A stretch of DNA of 64,000 nucleotides from positions 24,926,001 through 24,990,000 of the forward strand of contig NC_087437.1 of NCBI RefSeq assembly GCF_036321535.1, given 5' to 3'. This document shows positions 1 to 12,200 of the stretch, in pieces. Origin of the DNA: Camelus dromedarius. Its lineage: Eukaryota. Both the position numbers and the translations under genes were made by a program. Below the pieces are notes generated by a model, which searched no databases, was not told the DNA's origin, and saw only the letters and a list, made by a program, of their open reading frames with translations. Positions within the stretch are counted from its first letter, which is position 1. Each line of letters opens with the position of its first letter.

Positions 1-311
1 GGAAAAACAAACACGTCTGATGACTGAAGCGGCCTTGAGCAGGACAGACGTGACTGGGAGAAACAGAGGTCAAAGCATCGGACAGCAGGAGGGAGTCGAA
101 AGGAGGAAGTAGTTTTCAAAGGTTACTTTAGCAGCAAAATATAACGTCGTCATGGAGCTCATTCAGGGAAGCAAAGCCTGTCGAGCTTAGGGCTTTGTAT
201 AGGGCTAGGGGCCAAAAACCTCCCTGAGTGGACTTAGATCTTACAGATAGACTGCATTTTGAGCCCTTTTGGTAGCAACGGAAGAGGAAACCCTTCAGTC
301 CCCATATGCCA

Positions 312-655
312 CAGTCCATTCAGGCTGAGATCCTATAGACTATGTAACTTATAAATAAGAGAAATTTATTTCTCACAGTTCTAGAGGCTGGAAATCCACA
401 ATCAGGTTGCTGACATGGTCACGTGAGGGCTGTCTCCCTGGTTCTGGTCAGGACCTTAAAGTTGTGTCCTCACATGGCAAGAAGAGCTAGGGTTCTCTCT
501 CAAGACTCTTTTGTAAGGCAGCAGTCCCATTCACGAAGACTACACATTCATGACTTAAGCACATTCCAGAGGCCTCACCTCCCAGTACTGTAATTTTTGA
601 GGGTTGGGATTTCAGCATATGAATTTTGGGGGACACAAATATTTAGATCATAGCA
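312..655 (-). mobile_element. MaLR solo LTR (MLT1A-like)
   Basis: Contains 'agaaatttatttctcacagttctagaggctgg' and ends 'gggttgggatttcagcatatgaattttgggggacacaaat...catagca', the reverse complement of the MLT1A 5' end. Confidence 0.85.
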
Positions 656-779
656 CCATAATATTGGGAAAGCTACTCTATTCTCCATTTCCTTCCTAAG
701 AAGTCTCTTTCCAATAGCCTAGGAAAATCCATTTCCTTTAAAAATGTGAAGAAAAATACAATTTAACCCTAATAAAAGC

Positions 780-3100
780 TATTGCCAATAAAGTGACGTA
801 CTCCAACAGAAATTGAGGGCACATGAGAAAGAAAAATGTGGTCTCAAAACTGATGGGAACTCTAACACAATATTTCAAAGTAAGATAAAGAAAATACTAG
901 AAGTTTTGGAAGAATAGCACAAGTAAGAAATTCAAAATCTCAGAAATTATGCAGCTGGATGACAGAAATATATGAAAAGAGACAAATACCAAAAATGAAT
1001 TGGAGAAGGAAAATAAAACATTTAGAAATAGAACTAGAATAAGTGGAACATGAAAATGAATAGAAACCAGAAAAGGCACTGTAATAGAAGATACATAGCT
1101 AATAAATTTAAAAAATAAAATAAAACCAAAAATGTAAAGATATTAAAAAGATTTGAAAAGCTGTTGTAGAAAACCTGCAGAGTTGATCAAATATGCGTTT
1201 AATCATTGTTCTTAAAGATGGACGCTAAAGCAATGGAACAGAAAATAATTATTTAAAACCACAATTCAACAAAACTTTTCTGGAAAAATAAGAATTCATT
1301 CCACTAAAATTTTCTATTATCTGTGTTCATGGAACTAGTGCAATCAATACCAAGACACAGCATAGCAAAACTATTAGACTTTAAAGATAAGAAAAAAATT
1401 ATCTTTGGAAATCCAGACACACTCCCACCTCCATCCCTACACCTACCCTAGGACACATGTAGAAATCAAGTAACAAATAAGGGAAAGAAAATGAAAATAG
1501 CATCAAATTTCTCAGCAGCAACATTTTAAGCTACAAAACAATGACATAACATAGTTAAAGTACTCAAAAAAAAAAAAAAGGAAATATGACCCAAGGTTTT
1601 TATACCCTGCTAAATGTCCTTTTAGTTCAGAGGCTACAAAAAGTTATAAACATGCAATACATGAAAGAATTTATTCTGATAACCTTTTATGAGGAATCCG
1701 CCACAGAAAGAGTTTCAGAAAAACATGTTATCTGGAGAAGCTTTTTCATAAAGTCTGGAGGTGTGGCAGTAATTATTTAAGACCTAGAAGATGAAGATAA
1801 GAATGTCAAAATACTGTGTGCATATTATAGGCTCTGATGTTGGAGAAAAATGCAGCTAATTAAAAAATGAAAGAAAAGGTAGAGCAAATGGAGACTAGAA
1901 CGAACGTGCTGACTGACCCACTGGTATTAGGAGTGAAAAAACTACTTAAGAGTGATAAATGAAGAACTTGCAACTTGAGTATATTTTGCTCAACAGGCAT
2001 CAGCACTAGATTTATACTAAAGGGGAAGAGAGGAAAAGAAGCAGGTAACTCCTGACATTAACAGTGATAACAGAAAGAAACTAATAGTTTCAGAACAAAG
2101 TTGTGGTTTAAAGTATTCTACAAATGTATTTCTGTAAAACAAACCATTAGAAAGAGTCCAAGCCTTCACAAATAGCAACAGAAATAACAAAGAAAAAGAC
2201 AGCAAATCAAACTGCTAATATAATGGAATGTAAACATACATACGCACTTAGAAAAATAATACTCTATCACAGAACTGAGACCAACCATATTAGTTGTATC
2301 AATACATGTTACTGGGCTTAACTTACATAATATAAGAAAAGGATTTTCAGATTGGCTAAAGAAGTAAAATTCAACTTTCCGCTGTATGCAAAAGACATAC
2401 TTAAAATAAAAGTGAATTGAATGGACTAAAGATAAAAGCATGAGCAAAAATATATCAAGTAAAGGCAAGTAAGAAGAAAGCAGGGGCCATGATCTTGATC
2501 TAAAACAAGGTAGAATTCAGGCCAAGAAGAATTCAGCAATACAAAGTAGGACACTCTGTAATGCTAAAGGCTGCCATTCACAATGAAGATATTAATATCT
2601 ATTCACCAAATACCAGCACAGCTTTCATAGAGCAGAAATGAGATGAAAGGAGGAGCAGACACATATTAAAAATAGGAAACTTTAGCACACCTTCCTCAGA
2701 TCTAGACAGAGCAAGGGACAAAATGTTAGTGAGGACATAGAAGACCTGAAAAAAAACGTTAAGATAAAATCTGCAGATATATAACAAATACTTGATCCTG
2801 ATAGCACAAATATGCCTTTTTCAAAGATACACAAACATCTATTAAAATTAGCTATATATTAGATTACAAATAATTAAAAAAAAAACAGAAACACAAACTT
2901 TATCAGACTGCAATGCAATAAATTCTCAAGTAATTACAGTGATGACAAAAAGGCCCTTTCACCAGGAAACTGAAAAGAAGTTAATTCTTATGTTAAAGGA
3001 AAAATACAAACCAAAATTTCTGTATTCTGTAGGAAAGAATAATGATGAAAACATAATGAATTAGAATCCAATGAGAATGTCATAAAAAAGCTAGCAGAAT
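780..3100 (+). mobile_element. Old L1M fragment: decayed ORF1 region and ORF2 endonuclease start
   Basis: A-rich plus strand. ORF1-like 'aaactattagactttaaagataagaaaaaaatt' and 'tttctcagcagcaacattttaagctac'; endonuclease-like 'tgggcttaacttacataatataagaaaaggattttcagattggcta' near 2310-2360. Many stops. Confidence 0.75.
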
Positions 3101-3465
3101 AGCATGTGTTTGGGAGAGCCGTTCTATGCACAGAGAACTAGAGAGAACAGTACTTGAATATCATGGTGGGTACAGTGCGGAGGATGGAGAGAGTGGACAT
3201 GGAAGTCCAGAGACCAGGTAGCTTAGGTTCGAATGGTATTCTGAGCAGTAGAAACTGAGAAAGTGGGAAGATTTTAGTTCAGGGTGGTTTTCTTTTTTTT
3301 TTGGTTTGGTTTTGCTTTGTTTTGTTTTGTTTTTTGAGATATACTCTAGAGAACTTGGGACAGAATTGAATGTAAATGACAATGGACCATGAGAAGCAAG
3401 AAGAGTCCTGGGTTCATGGCATAGGGCTTGAGGGTGGAAGTGCCATATAGTAGGATAAGAAGACA

Positions 3466-3515
3466 GAAGATTTTGGGTGTTGCAGGGGTGGAAGATTTTG
3501 GGTGTTGCAGGGGTG
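3466..3515. repeat. Perfect 25-bp tandem duplication
   Basis: gaagattttgggtgttgcaggggtg at 3466-3490 and 3491-3515. Confidence 0.95.
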
Positions 3516-3539
3516 GAAAATAATTTACCAAATAAATTA

Positions 3540-3990
3540 CAAAAAAGAAAATTCATAATAGAAGAAATTCAAAACACCAGTAAAATATTATTAAATTCAA
3601 TTTCACCCTTTAGCAGAGAAATCCATATTAAAGTAAAGATACAATTCTAGCCTATCAAATCAACAATTTATTGATGACGGTGTTGAAATGAACACTTTCA
3701 TACCCTTCTAAAGTTTTTTATAAACCTTTAACCTTCTGATAAGCAATATTGAAATATATAAACTATAACCTGTAGTTCAATTTCTAGGAATGTATCCTGA
3801 AACACTAATTCATTATTTGGACCATTATCTGTGTACAGAAATGCCAATCACAACCTTATATATAACAGTAAAAATTGGAGTCAATCATGAATGTTCGTGA
3901 TATAAATTTTAAATAACGAATGTTAAATAAATTATTATACCAACATACAATAAGTATCTATATAGTTAATATTAATCATGGTTTTGAAGG
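3540..3990 (+). mobile_element. Highly diverged L1ME-like ORF2 end / 3' fragment
   Basis: 'aacctgtagttcaatttctaggaatgtatcctga' and 'aacagtaaaaattggagtcaatc...aatgttaaataaattat' resemble old L1 3' sequence. Confidence 0.55.
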
Positions 3991-4899
3991 CATACTTCAA
4001 AAGGCATTTTTAGTTCATATCAATGGAGAGTTCTTTGAAGTTAGCAAGATATGTGCACCAAGCCGCATTCTAAAAATACAGATAAATTCTCATAAAAATA
4101 AGCAACAGAAATGTATCAAGGTAAAATAACCGTAAAAAGTTAAAGCAAGCAAAGTGAAAAAGAGTAGTGTAATATTCCAAAAGACAACGAAAGCCACTAT
4201 CATCACAGTTGTGGTCAGAACTATCCATATTACTTCAAAGTAAATTAAAAGTCATTAAGAAAATTATTCAGGGCACAGAAGAATAGCATAAACATGAATT
4301 AGAAAACTCAGAAATAAATATCAAGTGAGAATGCATGAGTTATAGAGCGTGATTTGAATTGTGGATTTTCATGTGATTACAGAGCCCAAACTATGAATAC
4401 TGCAGAACACACACACACACAGAGGACAAAATATTGTTTAAAGATTTCAAAATATTTCCAGTGGTTCTCCCTAAATGGTAGACTTACAGATGATTTAAAT
4501 TTTCTTGCCTTTTTAAATATTTTCCATTTTTATACAATGCACAAACTTTCTTTCCATATAAATTCTCTGTCATGGAGAGGACCTCAGATGCAGAAGATGA
4601 AGATAATGATATTCTTCAATTCATGAAGTATTATCATCTTTGGTCCACACAAGCCTTGTTCTTGTTTTATTTATGTGCTTATTCTCCTTATTTCCATCCC
4701 TGCTTCTATTCTCCTTCCTTCCATAGGAACCACCCTCTTGTATTTAATACATACTGCTTTGTTTATATGTTTTCTTTTAAATATTTCTATTTATGTCCAT
4801 GCATTTTAATTTACATTAGTGGAAAACACTCTGAAGTTACCAAGGTCTCCGCACCAATCTCATTCCTCTCATTGCCAAGTCATGAAGGTAGACAAACTA

Positions 4900-5965
4900 G
4901 ACCTAACCTGTGAATATTGGAGTCCCTGAAGAACAAACCACAGCGAGAGAACAGAAGTAATATTAAGAACTATAACTCGGTACATTTTTCTAGAAACAAA
5001 TACACAGATTTGAAACTACATATTGAAAGAGTGCCCTTTGTACCTAGAATATCAATCCAGAAAGGCCAACATCAAAACAAATTATAAAATTTCTGGACTT
5101 CAAAGAAAAGAGTCCCTTAGGTATTTAAGGAAAATGATTCTGTGACTTGCAGGTGAAATAAGTAAAATTAGATTCTCAGAACTTTTGACAGCAATTCCTT
5201 AACCCCCAACGAAATGGAGTCATATATTTAAGATACTCAGGGAAACAAAATGTAAACCAAAGACTTTTTTAATGTAACAAAAGTATCTTTAAGTTATAGA
5301 GGGTAAAAGCAAACAATTATCAAAATGTCAGACCTCAGGGATATTGTTAGCATGATCATTCCTAAAGGATCAACTGTAGGAAATCAAAATTACTAGGGAG
5401 ACAGCTACATAAGAACTGGCATTAAATATACAGTTTCTTATAGAACTAGAATTATAGAAGGATTAAAAGAAAGAGGTTGTGATATGCAATGTCAACATGA
5501 TCTGACAATGGAGTTACATTACAAACCTAAAAAATGGTGGTAGAATGGGAAAAGCACGTACAAAATTTGTTTTAGCTGTTCAGTAATCACATTTTGTTGT
5601 TATGGATCCATATTATAAAGTGATATAAGATGGTATAAAGCAAATAGATATTGAATATTCTAACTCTGTTTTATCTAGTGTCTTTGTGAACCAGAATTTC
5701 TGGTGTGGAAGACAAGAGATACTGCTGTTATATAGACTGAATGAGGTAAACGCTGTCTAGTCCTGAATTAGCATTGGAATGCTTAAAGCATCTTATTTTT
5801 AAAAAGATGTATATGTCATGTAAATATCCTCCCCACTATCCTAGAAAAGCCTGGAAGCCATGCCTCATGGCTCACCCAGTAGCTATGGGCCTGGAAGCCA
5901 TGCCTCATGGCTCACCCAGTAGCTATGGGCATCCGTGGGCCTGAGATATTGGTCTTGAAACAGTG
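4900..5965 (+). mobile_element. Old L1M (L1MC4/HAL1-like) ORF1 remnant followed by 3'-type sequence
   Basis: 'ggagtccctgaagaac', 'ctacatattgaaagagtgcc', 'agaacttttgacagcaa' are ORF1-like; 'cacccagtagctatgggc...tggtcttgaaa' resembles an L1MC 3' motif. Confidence 0.6.
5851..5930. repeat. Perfect 40-bp tandem duplication
   Basis: ctggaagccatgcctcatggctcacccagtagctatgggc at 5851-5890 and 5891-5930. Confidence 0.95.
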
Positions 5966-7539
5966 AAACATTTTCCTTCATGGTGTTTGTTTTTATTGAA
6001 GAACTTTGGAAAAATAAGAACATCAGCTTCCCTCCCTCTCTATCTTTCTTTTTATCTCTTTCTTTCTTTTTCTTTTTCTTCTTTCTTTTCTTCTTTCTAC
6101 CACAGAGAAAGCTTGACGAAGTTTAAACACTTTAGATTCTAAAGAGACAAATTACCTTCTTTTCTTGTTACTCTAGACAACCATTTAAAAAAAATAATTG
6201 TCTTAAAAATAAATTGAAAAATTCTTCCAAAATTTGGCAATCAATTATTTTTTGTTTAGCCTAAAATGTTGAGCACTAAGAATAAAGTGCTAAAATGATA
6301 TAAATAATATTCAATTATGTGAAGATACAAAACACACATCTGAAGAAAATTATTTGGTAAAGGGAAAGCTAATGAATGATTAAAACAGTGTTGACAATAA
6401 AAAAAAAAGATTGCTTGGAAAAAAATTGTTTCTGCACAAAAATTATTCAAAAGATGTGTTTTAGCTTTATCAAATTCTGGTTTTTGTACTCTGAAAAAGA
6501 AAAACTATTGTTCTAACATCTTTCTTCAAGAATGAAAATGGTTTTCCTGGCTTCTTAAGTGACCCCTTAACATATGTTAGGTTTTTATTTTATTTTTCAC
6601 TTAACAGTTTCTAATTCTCTTCTCTTTTAGATTCTTTTAGTTATCAATAAATCCCCAGTTTCAGGCTTCCTAATTATTGCCTACTGCATTTGAAGGCCAC
6701 CGTGGGATTGTCAGCATTCCAGGATTTGTCCTCAGCTTGTATATGCACTGTATTCCCTGCCAATCTAGAAATTCTGAAATTTTCAATATCATTGTGCACA
6801 ACTGAAGAAATCAACTGATTTCCTGAAATATGTATATGGATGAGGGGTTTAGATGTTTATTTTCTGAAATGAGACTTCAGTGGAGATTATCACCTCTTTT
6901 TAAAAGAAATGTAAATATTTAAAACTAAAATAATAACAATAGGTCTTCAGAGATATCCTAGGAGCTATACGGGCATGTGTTCATAACCCCACATCTCCAC
7001 TCTTCAGGACTGTCATTCTCTATTATCAGCCCATGGGAAAACAAGTCATCCTGTGTTAGGAAGTCCAAGATTTTACTGAAGTCCCCTCAACAATTATTTC
7101 TGAGAGTATCAGAGGAGGGCTTGAACGTTCCACAAATCCATCCTCGTCCCTGGTCAAGTCAGCCTGTCAGTTCTCTTTGGATCACTCTTGCAGTGACTAT
7201 AGATGACCTTTTATTTCTTTACGGCTGCTTCTCCAGGTTCTAAGTGTGAAGAGGTGATAATCCTTTCTTTCCTAACGTGTAGCTCATATCAGAATATAAC
7301 CATTTCCCTACGCTTCACTGAAGTCTTGATGGTAAGAAAGGGAACTTATAATGTGGAAAACAAAAACCCCAAATTAGTTTCCAGGCACCAGAACTTCTGG
7401 ACACAGAGACTGAAACCTTGTTCAAAAATCGTACCTGTCTCCTCAGCCCTGTCAGCAGTTGGGCTACCTCTCCTGACCAAACTGCCTTTGCCCTAAATAA
7501 ATCCCCTCCAGTCTCCACTATCTCAGTGAGAACTTACCA

Positions 7540-8393
7540 GTCAGGAAATGAAATTTGCTCTAATGGTAACCCCCAAATAAGATTGTAACAGAATTCAGGA
7601 GGCAGCTGTGCAGGGCCGAAAATGGGGGATCAATACCATATTTTGCTTCTCTGCCATAAAGTGTACCCCCAAGATTCCCAAACTGGATGTGGTCACTTTT
7701 CTATTCCACCCAGAGGGAAAGAAGAAAAAGGCCTGCTCATTCCCTTAAGATAAGAGTTTCTCCCATAGGACTGCACATGTTTGGTTACACCTCATTGGCC
7801 AGAATTTATTTATTTATTTATTTATTTTTAAACATTTTTTATTGATTTATAATCATTTTACAATGTTGTGTCAAATTCCAGTGTAGAGCACAATTTTTCA
7901 GTTATACATGAACATGTATATATTTATTGTCACATTTTTTTCTCTGTGAGCTACCACAAGATCTTGTGTATATTTCCCTGTGCTATACAGTATAATCTTG
8001 TTTATCTATTCTACAATTTTGAAATCCCGTCTATCCCTTCCCACTCTCCATCCTCTTGGCAACCACAAGTTTGCATTCTATGTCTATGAGTCTATTTCTG
8101 TTTTGTATTTATGCTTTGCTTTTTTGTTTTTGTTTTTTAGATTCCACATACAAGCGATCTCATATGGTATTTCTCTTTGTCTTTCTGGCTTACTTCACTT
8201 AGAATGACATTCTCCAGGAGCATCCATGTTGCTGCAAATGGCATTATGTTGTTGGTTTTTATGGCTGAGTTCATTGGCCAGAATTTAAATGTCTCACTAG
8301 CTGCAGGGCCACATGCCTCCCCGAATAGATTTGAAGACCTGCTACTGAACAGGAGGATGATGAGTGTTCAGAGCTAACAAGAAGTTTCTGCCA
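7540..8393 (-). mobile_element. Old MaLR LTR (MLT1J-like), split by a younger L1
   Basis: The MLT1 motif 'cacctcattggccagaatt...ctagctgcagg' is continuous once the L1 at 7809-8270 is removed. Confidence 0.55.
7809..8270 (-). mobile_element. 5'-truncated young L1 (3' UTR) with 17-bp TSD
   Basis: TSD tcattggccagaattta at 7792-7808 and 8271-8287. (TTTA)n tail; L1 3' motif 'tggcttacttcacttagaatgacattctccaggagcatccatgttgctgcaaatggcatt'. Confidence 0.93.
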
Positions 8394-9359
8394 GAGAGAG
8401 GATAAAATCAAAATGTTTCATCTTCAGCTCCAATCTCTGAACCAGCTCTCCATTACATACACTGAGACCCAACCAGGGATCCCAGAGAAGAGGGATTTTT
8501 ATGTGGTTGTGCTGAAAACTTTAGCTCTTTATAATTATGAACTTTCCATGCCATAGTGAGGTCTTTATCTTGGCATAGCTAAAGGCTTATTGAAAGTTTT
8601 GCCAAACAGAAGATTTCATGTGTCCCCAAAGATAAAGTCTTGGTCTTCTCCCAAATTTAACAGAGCAAAAATGTTGACAACTTTCAGAATAGTAAGTGTC
8701 TGTGTATACATACATACATACATACAAATATGCATAAAACAGAAATATGTGAATGTGTGGGTGTGTGTATGCATCTATACGAGGCAGTGAGGATTTGCAA
8801 ATATTATAGCTGTTTCTCTGGCTAGCGAGAGCATGTGTAGATTTTAAGATTACTGTGTTCCTCAAATTGTCTGCAAAGAACTTTTAAAAACTGTAATAAG
8901 AAAAATAATATTTACAAATCTATATGTTGATGCTTAATAAGTAAATGTCAGTGGAATATTTCTGGCTCAGACAAAAAACATTAAAACACTGACAGTACAA
9001 CATCATCTAATCTGTGTGTAGCAACTGTAAACTGTAGGTTCCTGATAAACAAACGAGCATAACTGTACATAACAGCAGGGTGGGATTCCTACATCGTATT
9101 TAAAAGTGAAGGAGTTAGCTCTTCAGTATATTCATTTAATAAACTTGCTGTTTAGAGGCTTCTTAATTAAGACACTCTTGGGTGTACTGGGCTCTGTATG
9201 CGGGACAAAATACTGAATTCTGCTTTTCTATATTACATGCTGTTAATGCTAATATATGTGCATTGCAGTGTCCTCACAAATTTACTTTCAGTTTCTCTAT
9301 ATTTGTGTTCACTTTTGTATTCTGTGAAAGCAACCATTTCCTATAGAATGTGAGGTAAA

Positions 9360-9600
9360 AAATATATGTGTATATGCCTGTGTATGTATATTTATGTACA
9401 TTAAATGTATGAACCTTTGTGTATAAAATATATACATTTAATATATACATGTGTATGAATATATGATATGTATGTATATACAGAGATGTGTATATGTAGA
9501 TGTATATATATGATTATATGTGTATATATACACATGTATATATAGAAAGATGTGTGTGTATATATATAATGTGTGTGTATGTATGTGTGTGTATGTATAA
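9360..9600. repeat. TA/TG-rich compound microsatellite, low complexity
   Basis: Runs of tatata and tgtgtgta. Confidence 0.85.
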
Positions 9601-10514
9601 AAGAAAACATTGGGTTCTAAAGCCTCACTGAATCCTAATTAAATATGGTAGCCATACTGGGATAGCACTGACATGATCATGATGGAAGACTAGTTACTGA
9701 CTGAGAACATAACCTTATTTAAAGCCATGGTCTGTATGGTTATTTGCCTCCACTCAAGTGTGACACGGAAAACACTTAACAATCAGTGTACCCTGACCTC
9801 TGACCAATCAGAGTAAACGTCTAATCAATAAGAATAAATTTCCAACACTTGCACATCCCAGATAAATATCAAATCTTCTCCTAAAGTGTTTTGTTTATGG
9901 TATAAACTTGATATATTGTCTAAGAAGTTGGGAGTAGTTTTGACGATGAAATACATGTATCTTGAACTATCTTCCCATTACATTAAAGGATAAGCCAACA
10001 GAGGCTGGATGCCCTGCCTTTCTCTTCACACTTATTCACAGACTGTTTCTAGACATTAAAAAGAACTCTGTAGGAAATGGAGTCGAAGATCAGAAAATTC
10101 ATAGACTTTCCAAGGCTCTACAGCTAGTCCATAACCACACAATAATTGGAAAATGTTTCCTTTCTTTCACACAGTTTTTTTGAATGAGATTGAGGAACCT
10201 CAGAGGAGTAGGTTATGAAATCATTCATAGGGACAAATGGAGGTCAAACTGGCAAGTGTGATCATGGTGAGCCCTGAGCTATTGCCTAAGGGAATCTTGA
10301 TCCTTTCCATTTTTTGATTTTCTTTTGTTTGTGTTTTCAGCTTATTAGAACCGTGGCTATACTAGGAGAGAAATCAATGTTCTGCGCCTCTGAATCAGTA
10401 TTAATAGATATGTTGTCCATAAAACTTAATTTTTTCCCTCACTTAAAATTAACACATAGTTATTATAAAATATTACACAATGCATCTGCACATAAATAAT
10501 CATTTTAATATGTT

Positions 10515-10900
10515 TATCGGTTTCTCTTGACTTCAAGCAATCAGAAACTTAGGCAAACTGGCTTAAACAAAGAAGAAAATGTATTGGCTCTCCTAATTGA
10601 AAAGATCTGGCTTCACCAGTAGCTTGATCTAGGAACACAATGTTTCTTTCCATCTCTCAGTTCTGCTCTCCGGAGTTTTGGCTCCATTATCAGATAGTTT
10701 CTCTCCTCAAGATAGCAGCCGTCTTTGGCTTAAATCCCCCTAGGAGAGATCTCCTTCAATAACCCCATCAAAAGTATCACTGCAACTTTTGGGCACTGAT
10801 AGAATACCTGCCTACTCAGAAAAATACAGTAGTCTGATTGGTCAGGTCTGACTCACAACCCCTCCCAAGATTGGCTGAGGCAGAGCAGAGGTCCCCAGAG
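10515..10900 (-). mobile_element. Old MaLR LTR (MLT1K/J-like)
   Basis: 'ttcaagcaatcagaaact...aactggcttaaacaaagaagaaaatgtattggctc' and 'tctgattggtcaggtctgactcac'. Confidence 0.65.
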
Positions 10901-11164
10901 TAAAGTCATATATTGTCAAACACAAAGTATGATTGAATAAGTAGCAATGACAACAGATTTTCTGATACATGTAGACAAAGAGACTCAACCTTATTAAAAG
11001 AACCCACAAGACCTTATTAAAAGAACTAGTGAAACATTCAGTTCCCCAAGAGAAAAAGTCAACTCAGGAGCAAGGGATGGGGCACAAGAAACAACAGTTA
11101 GCATAGAAGCAGATGAAGTATTTTAGTAAGTTTAAGAAATTACTTAAACTTGAATTCCCCCCAG

Positions 11165-11612
11165 CATTGTACCCCTCGCCTTAAAGATACACATCATAAT
11201 CACCAGAACCTGTGAACATGTTACCTTGCATTCAAAAGGATCTTTAGAGGTGTGATTACGTTAAGGAGAATTTAATGGGAGAATTACCCTCTGATCTTTG
11301 GATTATCTAGGTGGGCTCAATGTCTTCACAAGAACCCTTATAATACAGAGGCAGGAGTTCAGAGAGGAGAGAAGATACTCTGAAGAGGGGGAAGGAGCCA
11401 AGAAAAGTAGGCAACCTTCAAAAGCTAGAAAAGGCAAGGAAATGGGCTGTCCCCTGAAGTCTCCAGAAGGAACACGGCCCTATTAATGCCTAAACATTAG
11501 ACCTCTGACTTCCAGAACTACAAAAGCATACATTTGTGCTGTTTTAAGGCACTAAGTTTGTAATTTATTACAAAGAGCAATTTATTTCAGAAGCAATATG
11601 AAACTCATACAG
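11165..11612 (+). mobile_element. MaLR solo LTR (MLT1D-like)
   Basis: 'cagaacctgtgaacatgttacct', 'ggattatctaggtgggctcaatgtcttcacaag', 'gacctctgacttccagaact', 'tgctgttttaaggcactaagtttg', ending 'aactcataca'. Confidence 0.85.
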
Positions 11613-11959
11613 TACTAAATGCAAAAACAGTTTTCCATATTTTGCAAATAAAAACAAGACATTTTTTATCTGAAATTGAAATTTAACTGAGCATCCTGTA
11701 TTTCATCTGTGATTTTGTTTGCTTTATTTTGTTTATGCTATTAATAAAAAAAATGAAAAAAAAAACAAACAAAAAACCCCCAAAAATGTAATGAACAAAA
11801 TTAGAGGAGGCATTTGATGGGTAGTTTAAGTGATGACATAAATGTTGGTAGAGTTTCCCCTCCTTCTGGTAAACTGGCCGTAGTTTCGGCAAAACAACTT
11901 CTGATGGGCTCAGGTGGCTTTGTATAGAGTGGAAGGAGCTGCTTAGCCTGCGGGAAGAA

Positions 11960-12200
11960 GGCAGTAAAGTATTCTCTGAAAGGATGCATAGTCTGATGAA
12001 TGAAGTGTGAGAAGGATCTAGACTTACCATGAGGCAAGATATGTAATCTCTCTCACTCTCAGTTTCCTCATCTGTAGAACAGGGAGAAATATAATACTTT
12101 AATTCTTCATTAAGGAGTTCTGGGAATCAATAAGATAATATGTGCAAAGGCTGTGAACGAGTATTGAGCAAGTAGTAATCAGTAACCAAATGTCTAACTA
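11960..12200 (+). mobile_element. MIR SINE
   Basis: Core motif 'ctcagtttcctcatctgtagaacaggg' and 'aataagataatatgtgcaaagg'. Confidence 0.75.

Noticed and set aside
10310..10420. Strong-looking splice acceptor 'ttcttttgtttgtgttttcag'
   Set aside because: No convincing downstream donor or recognisable peptide.
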